From: Polyangiaceae bacterium
GTDB taxonomy: Bacteria; Myxococcota_A; Polyangia; Polyangiales; Polyangiaceae
Assembly (NCBI GenBank): GCA_050287085.1
Contig: JBNKBE010000005.1
Coordinates: forward strand, 1 to 64,000
Reading direction: 5' to 3'
Length of the DNA: 64,000 nucleotides
Shown: positions 52,327 to 62,812 of the stretch, piece by piece
How the letters are laid out: every line of letters begins with the position of its first letter
How positions within the stretch are numbered: the first letter of the stretch is position 1
Notes under the pieces: model-generated
Seen by the model: the letters and a program-made list of their open reading frames with translations, nothing else
The model's database searches: none
Told to the model about the DNA's origin: nothing
Translations under genes and position numbers: made by a program

Positions 52327-53397
52327 ATGCTGGTACTGGGAATCGAGACCTCTTGTGACGAAACGGCTGCGGCTGTCGTGGACGGGCTAGGCCATGTACG
52401 CTCCGACGTCGTCCATTCGCAGATAAGTGTGCATGCGCCCTATGGCGGCGTGGTGCCGGAACTCGCATCGCGCGATCACTTGCGCAATGTCCGACCCGTC
52501 GTCGATCAGGCGCTGGTCAACGCGGGCGTGACTCTCTCCGATCTGGACGGCGTTGCGGTAACCTGTCGACCCGGGCTATCGGGCGCCTTGCTCGTGGGAG
52601 CTCAAATGGCGCGGGGCCTATGCTGGTCCGCCGATTTGCCCTTGGTCGGGGTCGATCATCTCGTCGGCCATCTCATGGCTGTGTTCCTGCGGCACCCGGA
52701 CGTCGAGAGCCCACCGCCGCCCGCCTTTCCATTTATCGGCTTGCTAGCGTCAGGCGGCCATACCGCGCTCTATCGAGTCGATGGCCCGGAACTGAGCCAA
52801 ATCTCAGAGCTTGGCGCAACGCGCGACGATGCCGCGGGCGAGGCCTACGACAAGACCGCGAAGTTGCTTGGACTGGGTTATCCGGGTGGACCCATCATCG
52901 ATCGCTTGGCGAGCGAAGGCGATCCGGAGCGCGTTGTCCTCAGCAAGCCGATGCCTCAGCGCGATTCTTTGGAGTTCAGCTTCTCAGGTCTGAAGAGCAA
53001 TGTAGCTCGCTGGGTGAGCGCCAACGGCACGCCGAAAAACGATGAAACCTTGCGCGACCTATGTGCGGCCTTCCAACGGCGCGTTGTCGACGCCCTGCTC
53101 GGAAAAGCCCTCCGCGCGGCGAAACGCGAACGCATCGACACCGTTGTCCTAGGCGGCGGTGTAGCGGCCAATCGCGAGCTCCGCGCCCGAGGTACCGCAT
53201 TGGGGCGCGAAGCGGGTATTCGGGTGGTCTTACCTCCCTTTCGGAGTTGCACCGACAACGCCGCAATGATCGCCTACGCTGGCATCCACCGGCTGAGCGC
53301 CGGCGCAAACGATCTGCTCTCGCTCGAGACCAGCCCTCGCACAGCGCTGCCGCGAGTGACGCGCAAAGGCAAAGGACGACGCGCCGGACTCGCGTGA
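52327..53397 (+). CDS. tsaD: tRNA N6-threonylcarbamoyladenosine transferase
   Basis: LGIETSCDET, GGVVPELASRDH, HLVGH, SGGHT, DDAAGEAYDK, FSFSGLK, GGVAAN, TDNAAMIA. Confidence 0.97.
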   Translation: MLVLGIETSCDETAAAVVDGLGHVRSDVVHSQISVHAPYGGVVPELASRDHLRNVRPVVDQALVNAGVTLSDLDGVAVTCRPGLSGALLVGAQMARGLCWSADLPLVGVDHLVGHLMAVFLRHPDVESPPPPAFPFIGLLASGGHTALYRVDGPELSQISELGATRDDAAGEAYDKTAKLLGLGYPGGPIIDRLASEGDPERVVLSKPMPQRDSLEFSFSGLKSNVARWVSANGTPKNDETLRDLCAAFQRRVVDALLGKALRAAKRERIDTVVLGGGVAANRELRARGTALGREAGIRVVLPPFRSCTDNAAMIAYAGIHRLSAGANDLLSLETSPRTALPRVTRKGKGRRAGLA

Positions 53398-53424
53398 GGG
53401 CCCCCACTTCTTGCTTTGAGGCTG

Positions 53425-53545
53425 CCGGAGCCGCTGTGGCTCATGTGGGCTGCAGCTACGTTCATGTTTGACTAGACAAACACGCCCGGAGCCGCTGTGG
53501 CTCATGGGCTGCAGCTACGTTCATGTTTGGCTAGACGGAACACGC
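53425..53545. repeat. About 60-bp imperfect tandem duplication of the 3' end of the neighbouring gene
   Basis: CCGGAGCCGCTGTGGCTCATG..GGCTGCAGCTACGTTCATGTTTG..CTAGAC..AACACGC at 53425-53485 and 53486-53545. Confidence 0.92.
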
Positions 53546-54098
53546 CGAAGGCCCCTGCTTCGTTCCCTTCTTCGTCGCTCGCGCTGTTCATCAGTCGTAG
53601 CTCAACACTTCCATCGAACATGAGCGATATGACAACCAGGTACGGGCCTTCACAGCGTGAATCCACCCAGCCGACGATGTTGCTTTGCTGAGAATCGCTA
53701 AAGAGCAGCGTCGATACCGCATCAGCGCGAAGCTCCTGAGAGACGCGGATCTGCGAGGCCTCGAAGCGATTCCCGTCGTCGCAAGGACCGTCGGCGTCGT
53801 CGAGAAGCGTTAGAGTGCCGGGGCGAGTATCCAGCGTATCGGTGTCGAGTTCGAGCTGAAGTCGCACGCGCTGCGAGAAGCCGCGACGAACGAAAGATGC
53901 TGGGACAATGTTGCCACAGAAGGCCCCAGGGCCTTTGGTATCAAAGCGCTCCGTGTGCTCGCAGGCCACCCCTTGAATGAATGCGCAGACGCCAAAGGCA
54001 GTGCCACGCAGAAGCTCGAAACATCGACTCATCCGCCCCCGTCGCTGACCGAGTGTCGAGCCTGCGCCAAGTGTTCCGCTCCGGATATTGCTAGCCAT
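53502..54098 (-). CDS. Hypothetical lipoprotein
   Basis: Lipobox-like GVAC and a beta-rich domain with several Cys; ORF overlaps the end of the TPR gene; start uncertain. Confidence 0.65.
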   Translation of the reverse strand: MASNIRSGTLGAGSTLGQRRGRMSRCFELLRGTAFGVCAFIQGVACEHTERFDTKGPGAFCGNIVPASFVRRGFSQRVRLQLELDTDTLDTRPGTLTLLDDADGPCDDGNRFEASQIRVSQELRADAVSTLLFSDSQQSNIVGWVDSRCEGPYLVVISLMFDGSVELRLMNSASDEEGNEAGAFGVFRLAKHERSCSP

Positions 54099-57000
54099 CG
54101 TAGTTCTCCATCAAGTGCCCCAGGGCATCGCGCACCGCTGGCTCGACCTCGGTCGCCAGAAGGCGAGCCCCGATCGCGGACCGCTGCGGGTAAGGAACCC
54201 AATGCAGCGAACGCACCGCCGCCTCGCGGACCAGCGCGTATCGGTCCCCTGCAGCTGCGCGCTCGAGCGCCCCAAGCGCTCGCTCCTGGGCCGCCGGCGG
54301 CAGAGCAGCACTCCCAAAGAGCGCCGACGCCGCGGCGACCCTCACAGTCCAGCTACGCGAGCTGCCAAGGAGCGAGATCACAGGGCCCAGATGTGCCAGC
54401 AGCGACTCGCTACGCAGGGCGCCCAAAATCGCTCGCTGCACGGGAGGAGCGTCGTCCATCAGACGCCCATTTACCGCCTCGACCACAGGCGCCTCCGAAC
54501 GACGAGCGAGAAACGCCGAAACCACACCCCGATCCGCTGTGCTGGGACTGTCCAGAGCCGGCAAGAAGACAAGCGCGGAACGCTCCAAGACGGTGTCTAC
54601 CAATGCCGCTAGACGCTGGCGGAGTCCGCCTTCAAGCCGCGCACTTTCGATTCCCCACAGCGTGCGTCCCTCCGCAGGCGCGTCCAAGAGTCGAGCCAAG
54701 CGCGCCGCTGAAGCCGGTTCAGCTCCGAGCGTGTCATGGACCGCCGCGGCGAGGTCGGGCGCCGCCAATTCCAAGGCAGCGATGCGCTGAGCATCGGATA
54801 CAGGCACATCGAGCCACTGGCCAATGAGAGCGTAGGGAACCGCGAGCTCACGGGCAGCAGGGTTCAAACCTCGCTTCTTCCCGATGCCCGAGAGCAGAGC
54901 AAGTGCCCGAGCGCCAGAGCCGCGGGGGCCTGCAACCAACTGCGTGCACAAACGCATGCGACCTTCCTCCGCCCGCGCGGAAACCAAAGCGCTCAACCCC
55001 GCCCAGCGCAGCACCGGTTCCGATTCTAGGCTCAGCTCGCGCAGGGCCCCAACCACCTCCGGCCGCGGATGAACAGAGAAGTAGAGAGCAGCGGCCGCGC
55101 GCACGGCACCGCTTTCCTCCAATGATTCCAACTTCTCCCGCATCAAAGCTGTGGTCGTAGGTGAGACCTTCTCTCGTTCAGCCGCGGCCAAGGCAGCCAA
55201 CACCCGCGAGGCCACCGACGTAGCGTTCAACGCACCTTCCCCCAGGCGGAGGGCTGCCGGAGTATCGAGTCGCAGCAGAGTCCAAAGGGCAGCCAGTGCA
55301 ACGACGTCTCCGTCGGCGGCATATTCTGGAGCGTCACCGAGGAGGGCAAGCAAGCGAGACTCTAGCTCGGGAGCAGGCGCCTGCGCGACGACCAACAGAG
55401 CCTCTGCCCGCAATTCAGCCTCTCCCGGGCCCGTCGCGAACGCGACCAGAGCCGCATTGGCGAGCGGCGAGGCGATCGCGGCCAGAAGATTCAGCGCCTG
55501 TCGTCGCACCGCCGCGCTTTCATCCGCGAGCGACTCGACGAGTGGGCGTATCGCTCGCGGCGCGAGGGAGCGTAGTGCGCCTCGTGCGGCCTCCACGATC
55601 ACGGCGTCTGCGCTTTGCAGCGCCTCCAAGTGCGGCCGGGCCCACTGTGTGTAGAGCTCAAGCAGCAGATGGCGATGCGTTGCTAGGCGCGTTTGCCCCA
55701 CGAGGAGCGGAGCCCAGTCTCGCTCCAGCTTCAGGAGGGTACCCGCCTGGCGATGGAGCTCGACACTGGTACGGCCCGCGCGCAAGATGATTTCTTCGTC
55801 ACGGGCGCGACGAACCACCTCCCGCAGCAACTCGTCAGCCTCGTCGCGTTTGCCGGCATCTAGCAGCAAGTCAGAAAGCAAGAAGGCCGCCTCAAACAGC
55901 GCGGGATCGGCGGCAAGGGCCCGTCTCAATTCGAGGATGGCCTCCGCAAACTGTCCGCGCTGGCGATGGAGTTGAGCCAGTCTTAGGTTCAACGTCGCGT
56001 CGTCCGGGCCTGCTTGAGCGGCCTGGAGCGCATAGCGCAGGGCGGCGTCATCCTCGTACAAGCGCTCGGCATATTGTGACATGCGCCGCAGATGGGCCCG
56101 AGCCCGTGGCGCATCTGCCTTGACCAGACGCGCCACGATCTCCAGGGCGCGCCGGTAGTCCAAGCGCTGAACCAGCAATCGCTCGAGGCGCGTGAGCGCT
56201 GAGATGTCGTTTGGGTTCAGGTCGAGCAAACGCGCCAACGTTGACTCAGCGCGCTCGGCTGCGCCGAGACGCAAATACACCTCGACCAGCAGACGTCCCG
56301 CTACCTCATCGGGTGGCGTTCTGCCAAAGGCGTCCTCGAGAACGCGGGACTCCGCCTCGAGGACTCCCGCAAAGGACCAGAGAGTCACCAGGTGGTTCTG
56401 AGCCTCGCTCCGAGCTGGTGCGTCCCCCTGCTTCGACCACAGAAGCTCGCGCCAGAGTGCGATAGCTGCGGCCCGATCCGCGTCGGGCGTCGCCGCCCCA
56501 TCCAACGTCGCCCGTCGTTCATAAGCGCGCGCGAGCAGCTTTTTTGTCGCCAAGTCTCCCGGGGAATCCGCTTGGGCACGCTCTAGCTCCAATACGGCCT
56601 CAGCGACAAGACCGTGCTCCAGCAAGACGTCTCCCAGGCGGCGACGTAGCGCTGCAGGGTCGCCGCTCTTGAGCATACGCCGCCAAACCTCAAGCGCCGC
56701 ATCGCTTTGCCCCGCACGAAAAAGGCGGCGCCCCAGCTCCATCAGGCGCTCGACGTCATGACCACTGCCGGCTGCAGCCTTACGCAACAAGCGCTCCACC
56801 TGGGGATGCTCGCCAAGCTTGTCATATAGGTCGACGATCCGATCCAGCAGCTCGGGCTGGTGCTGGGCGCGCCCCTCCAGCGTGCGCAAGGTGTGCAGCG
56901 CGTCCGCCCGACGCCCTTGCATTCGCAGCGCCTCGACCAAGGCGACGGCGGCCCCGACGTCGTCGGGTGACTGCGACACGAGCGCGCGACGCTGCTCCAG

Positions 57001-58170
57001 CGCGCTCTCGAACTGCCCCTGCAACTCGAGCAGCTCGATCAGCTGCTGACGCACCTCGATATCCCGTGGACGAAGCGTTTGCGCACGACGCGCAGCCTTC
57101 AGAGCCGCCTCCAGCTGACCCAGTTCCTCGAACACGCGAGCTGCGGCGCGTTGGGCCTCGAAGTCAGCCATCATCTGGGCAAGACGCTCACCTATATGTG
57201 GCAGCTCCAGCGCTCCTCGAGCCGCTTCGACCAGCAAGGAGAAAACCTCCCGTCGCAAGCCCGACCCCGGCGGCGACGCACGAGCCGCGCGCCACAAGGC
57301 CGACTGCGCGCGATCGAACTTGGCGGTCTTGAGCAAAACCCGCCCGTAGTCCCGCAGTGCCGGAGCTAGCGCCCGCGCGTCACCGGCAGCTCCGTCCACG
57401 AGCTTTCGGCTCTCCGCCTCCGCCTCCGGGTACAAGCGGCGAGCCAGGAGCTCGCTCGCGAACTCGGCGCGGACGAAGTAGGAGCCGCCCGCCGCTTGCA
57501 CCAGCGTCTCGTGAAAGCGCCGTGCGGCCGTCACATTGCCTTGGTCCAGCTGGAGCTGCATCAGGCGCCGCGCCGTGGTCTCGCGCTCCATGGGCTCGGT
57601 CAGGGCCCCGAGCGCAACTTCTAGCTGCGACGCAGCTTCCGCTTGACGCCCGAGACGGATGAGGAGATCCGCGTAGGCCACCCGCACGCGAGGCTCCCCC
57701 GGAGCTACGGCCAGGGCCTGCTCAAAGCGCCGAGCCGCGTCGTCCAGCTGGTTATCGAGCACAAGCAGCCCCGCCAGGGCCACCAGAGGGCGGTACTGCT
57801 GCTGACCGGGCACCTGGGAAAGGGCCTCGAACTCCGCGAGCAAGGCCCCAAGCCCTCCCTCCTGCCCGCGGCTCAGCGCGGCCAGGCGCTGCAAGGGAAA
57901 GACCACACCCGGCTGCTCCAAGGCCACCCGCTTGTAGCGCGCGATCAGTCGCTCGACAGACTCCGGCTGCGCCTCCCGCGAGGCAACGGTAGCCCCCCGC
58001 GCTTTCGGGCGAGTTCGCGACGCGCCCTTGCCTCCGGACGCTCCGCTCTTCTTGCGCCCCCGCGGGTCAAAGCCCTGAGCCGTATCGGGCGCCGCGACTG
58101 CACCGAGCCCCAGCGCCGCACACAAAGCGACCAGGCGAAGCGAAACGAGTCGGTTGCGGCGTGCCGTCAC
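54091..58170 (-). CDS. Large secreted TPR plus HEAT-repeat protein
   Basis: Signal peptide (LVALCAALGLGAVAA), many TPR-like helical pairs, HEAT-like repeats (LVESLADESAAVRRQA, WTVRVAAASAL, LVREAAVRSL). Confidence 0.8.
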   Translation of the reverse strand: MTARRNRLVSLRLVALCAALGLGAVAAPDTAQGFDPRGRKKSGASGGKGASRTRPKARGATVASREAQPESVERLIARYKRVALEQPGVVFPLQRLAALSRGQEGGLGALLAEFEALSQVPGQQQYRPLVALAGLLVLDNQLDDAARRFEQALAVAPGEPRVRVAYADLLIRLGRQAEAASQLEVALGALTEPMERETTARRLMQLQLDQGNVTAARRFHETLVQAAGGSYFVRAEFASELLARRLYPEAEAESRKLVDGAAGDARALAPALRDYGRVLLKTAKFDRAQSALWRAARASPPGSGLRREVFSLLVEAARGALELPHIGERLAQMMADFEAQRAAARVFEELGQLEAALKAARRAQTLRPRDIEVRQQLIELLELQGQFESALEQRRALVSQSPDDVGAAVALVEALRMQGRRADALHTLRTLEGRAQHQPELLDRIVDLYDKLGEHPQVERLLRKAAAGSGHDVERLMELGRRLFRAGQSDAALEVWRRMLKSGDPAALRRRLGDVLLEHGLVAEAVLELERAQADSPGDLATKKLLARAYERRATLDGAATPDADRAAAIALWRELLWSKQGDAPARSEAQNHLVTLWSFAGVLEAESRVLEDAFGRTPPDEVAGRLLVEVYLRLGAAERAESTLARLLDLNPNDISALTRLERLLVQRLDYRRALEIVARLVKADAPRARAHLRRMSQYAERLYEDDAALRYALQAAQAGPDDATLNLRLAQLHRQRGQFAEAILELRRALAADPALFEAAFLLSDLLLDAGKRDEADELLREVVRRARDEEIILRAGRTSVELHRQAGTLLKLERDWAPLLVGQTRLATHRHLLLELYTQWARPHLEALQSADAVIVEAARGALRSLAPRAIRPLVESLADESAAVRRQALNLLAAIASPLANAALVAFATGPGEAELRAEALLVVAQAPAPELESRLLALLGDAPEYAADGDVVALAALWTLLRLDTPAALRLGEGALNATSVASRVLAALAAAEREKVSPTTTALMREKLESLEESGAVRAAAALYFSVHPRPEVVGALRELSLESEPVLRWAGLSALVSARAEEGRMRLCTQLVAGPRGSGARALALLSGIGKKRGLNPAARELAVPYALIGQWLDVPVSDAQRIAALELAAPDLAAAVHDTLGAEPASAARLARLLDAPAEGRTLWGIESARLEGGLRQRLAALVDTVLERSALVFLPALDSPSTADRGVVSAFLARRSEAPVVEAVNGRLMDDAPPVQRAILGALRSESLLAHLGPVISLLGSSRSWTVRVAAASALFGSAALPPAAQERALGALERAAAGDRYALVREAAVRSLHWVPYPQRSAIGARLLATEVEPAVRDALGHLMENYDG

Positions 58171-58236
58171 CAATAGAGCTTACAGGGCTCCGCCCCTAGC
58201 GTCACGCGCCGCGAAGGTCGGAGACTCGCTGGGTCG

Positions 58237-60108
58237 CTACTTCGTCTTGGAGTTGACGAAGAATTCGACATAGTCTTTGCGCAGACGTGCCTTGAACCCC
58301 GGTGGTTTACCTTTGAAGCGAAAGGTCACGGTGCTGCCCGCCGGACCGTTGTCCACCCGCACGTGTGTGATTCGGGTGTCGTGAGCGGCGATGTTGTCGC
58401 CATTCTCCATAATGCGACGCCCGGGGATCACCACGCGAAAGCCGCTTTCGGTCGTGTGCCCTTGGAGAGCACTGCCTGGCCCATCCAAGCGCAAGCGGTG
58501 CACTACGGGGAGTACCATGCGCCCGACCTGAAACTGACGATCTCCCCCCGGCGCCGCGTCGGAGCGGTCCTGAGGAATAGGCGCTGCCTTCGACAGAGCG
58601 GGAGTCTTTCCGAACACCTGGTCCTGAGCCATCGAAAGCTCGTCGACGACTTGAGAGCGAGACGGGGTATCGGGGGCAGCCTCCGTCGTAGCCAGGCGCT
58701 GCTTGCCGAATAGGGGTACCTCGGCCACTATTCCATTCGGCCCCACCGCGAGCTGCTCTTCCGTGTCGAGGCGTGAAATCTCGGGAAACTCCCCTGGCTC
58801 CGGCGGCAGACTCGATGCCATCACAGATGGCTCACCTGAGGCCGTCAGGCGCGACTCTTGGCCTTTGGATGCGACCTCGTCCGGGTTTCTCGCCAAGGTC
58901 AGGCCTACGCCTGCCAACACCAAGGCCGCCGCAGCCGCCACCCAGCGCCCTTTCTTCTGAGCACTCAGCGCCCCAACGCCGCTCTTGCCGGCAGCGGCCG
59001 GCGCGCGCGAAACGCGTCCATTCGCACGATGGGTGCGGCGAACAGCACTGGGCACGGGTCTCGAGCCGCGCGGCGCAGGCGATGTCGACCGCCGTACCCC
59101 GGCGCTCTCCGCCTCGCCCTTGTTGGCTTTGAGCGCGGGAAACGCGCGAGCTCGCTCAGCCAGTGTCGCCGCTGCGCCCGACACCCGGCGGGAGGCATCG
59201 CGCATCGCTCTTCCGGCGTGGCTCGCCCAGGCCTCGACGCGCCCCTTGAACAACTCCTCGGCCGCCAACAGCTCGAGATCGGGATCACCTGCGCCGTCGA
59301 CCTCATCCTCATTGAGCTCTTCGTCTGCATCGGACGCCGGCGCTCGTGAATGCTGCGCCCTGTTCACCTGCTCGATAACCAGCGGCTCGGGCGTCTCGTC
59401 GGCATCGTACGGGCCGGTCCCAAGCGAGAGTACCAAATGCGGTATCTGCGTTTCCGGATCGATGCTGATGTCAACAGCATGTAACGTCGCATGGCGTCCG
59501 CCCGAGACCCCACCCACCTCGACCTCCAGCTCACTCCCCAAACGCAGGAACTCGAGCTGGGAGCCAACGGACAACAGCCGCCCGCCAGAATCGAAGACAC
59601 GGGCCTTCATCGGAGCTCCAAGTCCGGCCATATGGAGGCGAACGTCCGAGCCCGCCGCAATGCGCGCGACACTCGACGGCTCAGGAAGCGTCGCCGACTC
59701 GCTCTCGGCGCTGGGGACCGCGGACCCTTCGTCGTTGGCCGCCGACACTCGATTGTCGTCAGGCACCGCCGCTTCGGACGCAGCAGCGCAGACCGAGCGC
59801 AGCAGTCGAATACTATCGCTGTCTACTGCGGTAAAGCGAATCCCCAGCAGCCCCGGCCCCGGCGCATCGCCCCACGCCACATCCCCTTCGATGACCGCTT
59901 CCTCTCCGTTCTCTTGAAAGCGCAAGACAATCGCCGTTCCGGGTGCTGGCACAAACGACGAACGCACGCACATGCCACGTCCGCTGAGGTTGAGCGACTG
60001 TGCTTCAAACACCGACGCCGCCTTGTCCCGCGCGCAAATTTCCACCTTGGTCTGGTGGGCAACGCGTCGCGTGCGCTTCGCCCGACGGTCTTCCTGTTGC
60101 ATTTCCAT
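58237..60108 (-). CDS. PilZ-domain membrane protein with a predicted periplasmic C-terminal domain
   Basis: N-terminal RxxxR (RRAKRTRR) and NLSGRGM, GIRF, one TM (WVAAAAALVLAGVGLTLA), beta-rich C-terminus. Confidence 0.75.
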   Translation of the reverse strand: MEMQQEDRRAKRTRRVAHQTKVEICARDKAASVFEAQSLNLSGRGMCVRSSFVPAPGTAIVLRFQENGEEAVIEGDVAWGDAPGPGLLGIRFTAVDSDSIRLLRSVCAAASEAAVPDDNRVSAANDEGSAVPSAESESATLPEPSSVARIAAGSDVRLHMAGLGAPMKARVFDSGGRLLSVGSQLEFLRLGSELEVEVGGVSGGRHATLHAVDISIDPETQIPHLVLSLGTGPYDADETPEPLVIEQVNRAQHSRAPASDADEELNEDEVDGAGDPDLELLAAEELFKGRVEAWASHAGRAMRDASRRVSGAAATLAERARAFPALKANKGEAESAGVRRSTSPAPRGSRPVPSAVRRTHRANGRVSRAPAAAGKSGVGALSAQKKGRWVAAAAALVLAGVGLTLARNPDEVASKGQESRLTASGEPSVMASSLPPEPGEFPEISRLDTEEQLAVGPNGIVAEVPLFGKQRLATTEAAPDTPSRSQVVDELSMAQDQVFGKTPALSKAAPIPQDRSDAAPGGDRQFQVGRMVLPVVHRLRLDGPGSALQGHTTESGFRVVIPGRRIMENGDNIAAHDTRITHVRVDNGPAGSTVTFRFKGKPPGFKARLRKDYVEFFVNSKTK

Positions 60109-60293
60109 AGGCCCTCGAAAGTCGATCTAGGGTGCCGCGGAGGAGGTCTGACCGCGGTTCGCTAAGTCGTCCCCTAAGCGTACCCATTGGCCAGGGCCAA
60201 GTTTTTCGACAGCAGCTAGGCCAGCAGCCCCGCTGGGCCATCAAACAGATTGCTTTGCAACCGCAACTGCGCTCCGGTAGGGACTGAGCGGCG

Positions 60294-61322
60294 ATGGCGC
60301 TCACATTGACGATCCGTTCGGGTGATGCCGAAGCGCAGTCGGTCACCTTCGACGCGCCGCGGATTGTGTTGGGACGCGCCAGTGGGTGCGACGTCGTGTT
60401 GCCCGATCCGAGCGTCAGCCACCGCCACGCGTCGATCCGTCAACGAGGCAGCGACTATATCGTGCTTGATGAGGGCTCGACCAATGGGACCTTCGTCGGG
60501 CCACTACGCCTGTCGGACGGAGCCCCGCGGGTGCTCAAGCATGGCGACCTGCTACGCGTCGGGCGCGTCTGGCTGGAAGTGGCACTTGGGCCCGAGGTGT
60601 CCTCACCCAACCCGGCCCAGCTCACCAAGGAAATGGCTCTCCGGCTCATCTCGAGCGCACTGGAAGCATCCGATGCCCCTCACGCCCACCCCGAAGTACA
60701 CGTGGTCAGTGGACCGTCCGTGGGCAAGACGCTGGTGCTTGGTCGCTTCAGCGCGCCCTATTGTGTGGGCCGCGGCAAGGGCTCGGATCTGGTCATTGAA
60801 GACGAAAGTGTGTCGCGTCGGCATATCGAAATCACGCGCCGCGGCCTGCACGTATACGTTCGCGAACTGGGCACGAAGAACGGCGCGGTTCTGGGTGAGG
60901 CTCCACTCGAGCGCAACGTAGAAACCCTATGGTCTCGTTCGCGAAGCTTGATGGTGGGGGAAAGCACCCTCGAACTCAGCGATGTGGTAGCCGAACTGCT
61001 CGCTGAACTCGACGCCGCCCCCGATGAGCTCATCGAAGGTCCCGTCGATCCGCCCGTAAACCCAAGCGCCGATGCGCGCACGACCGGACTTGAAGCAAAT
61101 GTCGTCCAACCTCGTCGTGCTCCGCAACTGAAAGCTCGCCCGGTCCACGCTACCCCACTGCCCACCCCCGAACCGAGTCCCGTCCGCTCGGCGGCCTGGC
61201 CCGTGAAGGTATCGGACGAACGCAAGGCGCGGCGCTGGTCGGCTGCAGATCTAGTGGTCGCCCTGCTCGCGCTGGGTGTCTTGCTCACGAGCCTCGCGGC
61301 GCTCGCCTGGCTGCTCGAATAG
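60294..61322 (+). CDS. Double-FHA domain protein with C-terminal membrane anchor
   Basis: LGR..SVSHRHA..GSTNGTFV and VGR..SVSRRH..GTKNG; terminal hydrophobic helix. Confidence 0.88.
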   Translation: MALTLTIRSGDAEAQSVTFDAPRIVLGRASGCDVVLPDPSVSHRHASIRQRGSDYIVLDEGSTNGTFVGPLRLSDGAPRVLKHGDLLRVGRVWLEVALGPEVSSPNPAQLTKEMALRLISSALEASDAPHAHPEVHVVSGPSVGKTLVLGRFSAPYCVGRGKGSDLVIEDESVSRRHIEITRRGLHVYVRELGTKNGAVLGEAPLERNVETLWSRSRSLMVGESTLELSDVVAELLAELDAAPDELIEGPVDPPVNPSADARTTGLEANVVQPRRAPQLKARPVHATPLPTPEPSPVRSAAWPVKVSDERKARRWSAADLVVALLALGVLLTSLAALAWLLE

Positions 61323-61396
61323 GGCGCACGCATAGTACTCCCTCCCGTCACGGACCGCGCGGCCTCGCTCACCTCAACGCGAGCGGCGCCCTTAGC

Positions 61397-62812
61397 TCAC
61401 CCCAGCACGCCGCTCAGCCCCCCCCCCTCCGCCAGTCGAAGGTCGCCAAAGCTCGGCTCGTCCATCCCCATCGCATGCATGCACGTAAGAAGCATCTGCG
61501 AGAACCCCGCCTCGTTGCGCAGGTCGTGAAAACGCCCTCGCTCCAGGGAAGGCAGGCCGCTGGCAAGCACCACAAGCTGATCGTCGATACTGTGCACGTC
61601 TCCTTGCCCTAGCTCGTTCCAGTGCACGACCAGCGTCGTATCCCACAGCGTGCCCGCTCCTTCGGGTGTGGCCTTAAGGAGGTCAAAGAGGCGAACTGAG
61701 TTCTCCCAAAGGTGACGATGAATACTGCGAATCTGCGCGTACGCCGCCTCAGTACTGATGTGTGAGAGGTCGTGATGTGGCTCGGTGATTCCGAGTTCAC
61801 GATAGGTCCGCGTGCTGACACCCCCAGCCCACGCGAAGTTCACGCAGCGAGTTAGGTCGCAGGCCAGCGCCAGCGCTATCAGCTGGTGAAATGCCGCACC
61901 GGCGGCGACATGCCCGGCATCCAAGTATACGTTGCCCTCGAGCTCCAACGGAATCGGCTCACACGCGCCGGAGTTCCTGCGCGGCACGAGCGCTCTTTCG
62001 ACCTCTCGAAGCGACTCGCTGTATTGCTCGAGACGCATCCGGTCGCCTGCGCCGAGTTGCTTCGCCAGCGCCGTGTTGTTTTCGATGACCAGGTCAAGGA
62101 CGGACTGCTGACGGATGAGTCGTTCACTCAGAGCGTCATCGTCCGTTCCATCTCCGAACAGACGCAGGTAAGCCGCTATCGGATCTGTCTCCGGGGGGAT
62201 CGGGTTCTGCGTGCCAACCGGCCCCGCATGTGCCGTGTGATTGTTGATGTTGTTCTGTAGGCCCCCGACCCGATAGACTAGCTGACGATAGGCAAGCGCA
62301 GGGTTCCGCTGCAGAAGAAACTCCCCGATGACGGTGTCGACGCTTGGCCCGAGCACGTAGCCGATACGTCGATCCTCTCCGAAGACGGTGAAGTCCCCTT
62401 CGCCCTGGGGCCAGGGTGCCAATGCCATCGTACCCTCCTGATGCCGATCTCCGCGCTCGGACACCATGAAGTTTCCGAACCGCTTATCAAGTCGATGAAG
62501 CACCACCAGCTCGTCTCGATAGCGCTCAAGCGGCGCCAAGAAGTCGCCAAATGCAAAGTCGGTGGCGCCCTCGCGAGTGAAACGACTCGCAACATGGTCC
62601 CCGTTGGGCTTGAACTCGAAGACAATGCGCCGCGGGCTCTCGAACTGTCCGCGTGCGGAGCGTTCTTGCATGGCTTCGAATAGCGGAAGGCTGACGGCGG
62701 CGCCAAGCGCGCCCCGCAGCAGGGTTCGGCGCGGGAGTCGCCGAATCAGATGGCTACGAGGCCTTCTAGCTCCAAGAGCGTCCGACGTCCGTGGCTTACC
62801 TGCCGTTGTCAT
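61397..62812 (-). CDS. Third DUF1552 family protein with Tat-type leader
   Basis: PRRTLLRGALGAAVSLPLFEAM, SVD, QSVLD, ALACDLTR, HHDLSH, TLWDTT. Confidence 0.88.
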   Translation of the reverse strand: MTTAGKPRTSDALGARRPRSHLIRRLPRRTLLRGALGAAVSLPLFEAMQERSARGQFESPRRIVFEFKPNGDHVASRFTREGATDFAFGDFLAPLERYRDELVVLHRLDKRFGNFMVSERGDRHQEGTMALAPWPQGEGDFTVFGEDRRIGYVLGPSVDTVIGEFLLQRNPALAYRQLVYRVGGLQNNINNHTAHAGPVGTQNPIPPETDPIAAYLRLFGDGTDDDALSERLIRQQSVLDLVIENNTALAKQLGAGDRMRLEQYSESLREVERALVPRRNSGACEPIPLELEGNVYLDAGHVAAGAAFHQLIALALACDLTRCVNFAWAGGVSTRTYRELGITEPHHDLSHISTEAAYAQIRSIHRHLWENSVRLFDLLKATPEGAGTLWDTTLVVHWNELGQGDVHSIDDQLVVLASGLPSLERGRFHDLRNEAGFSQMLLTCMHAMGMDEPSFGDLRLAEGGGLSGVLG

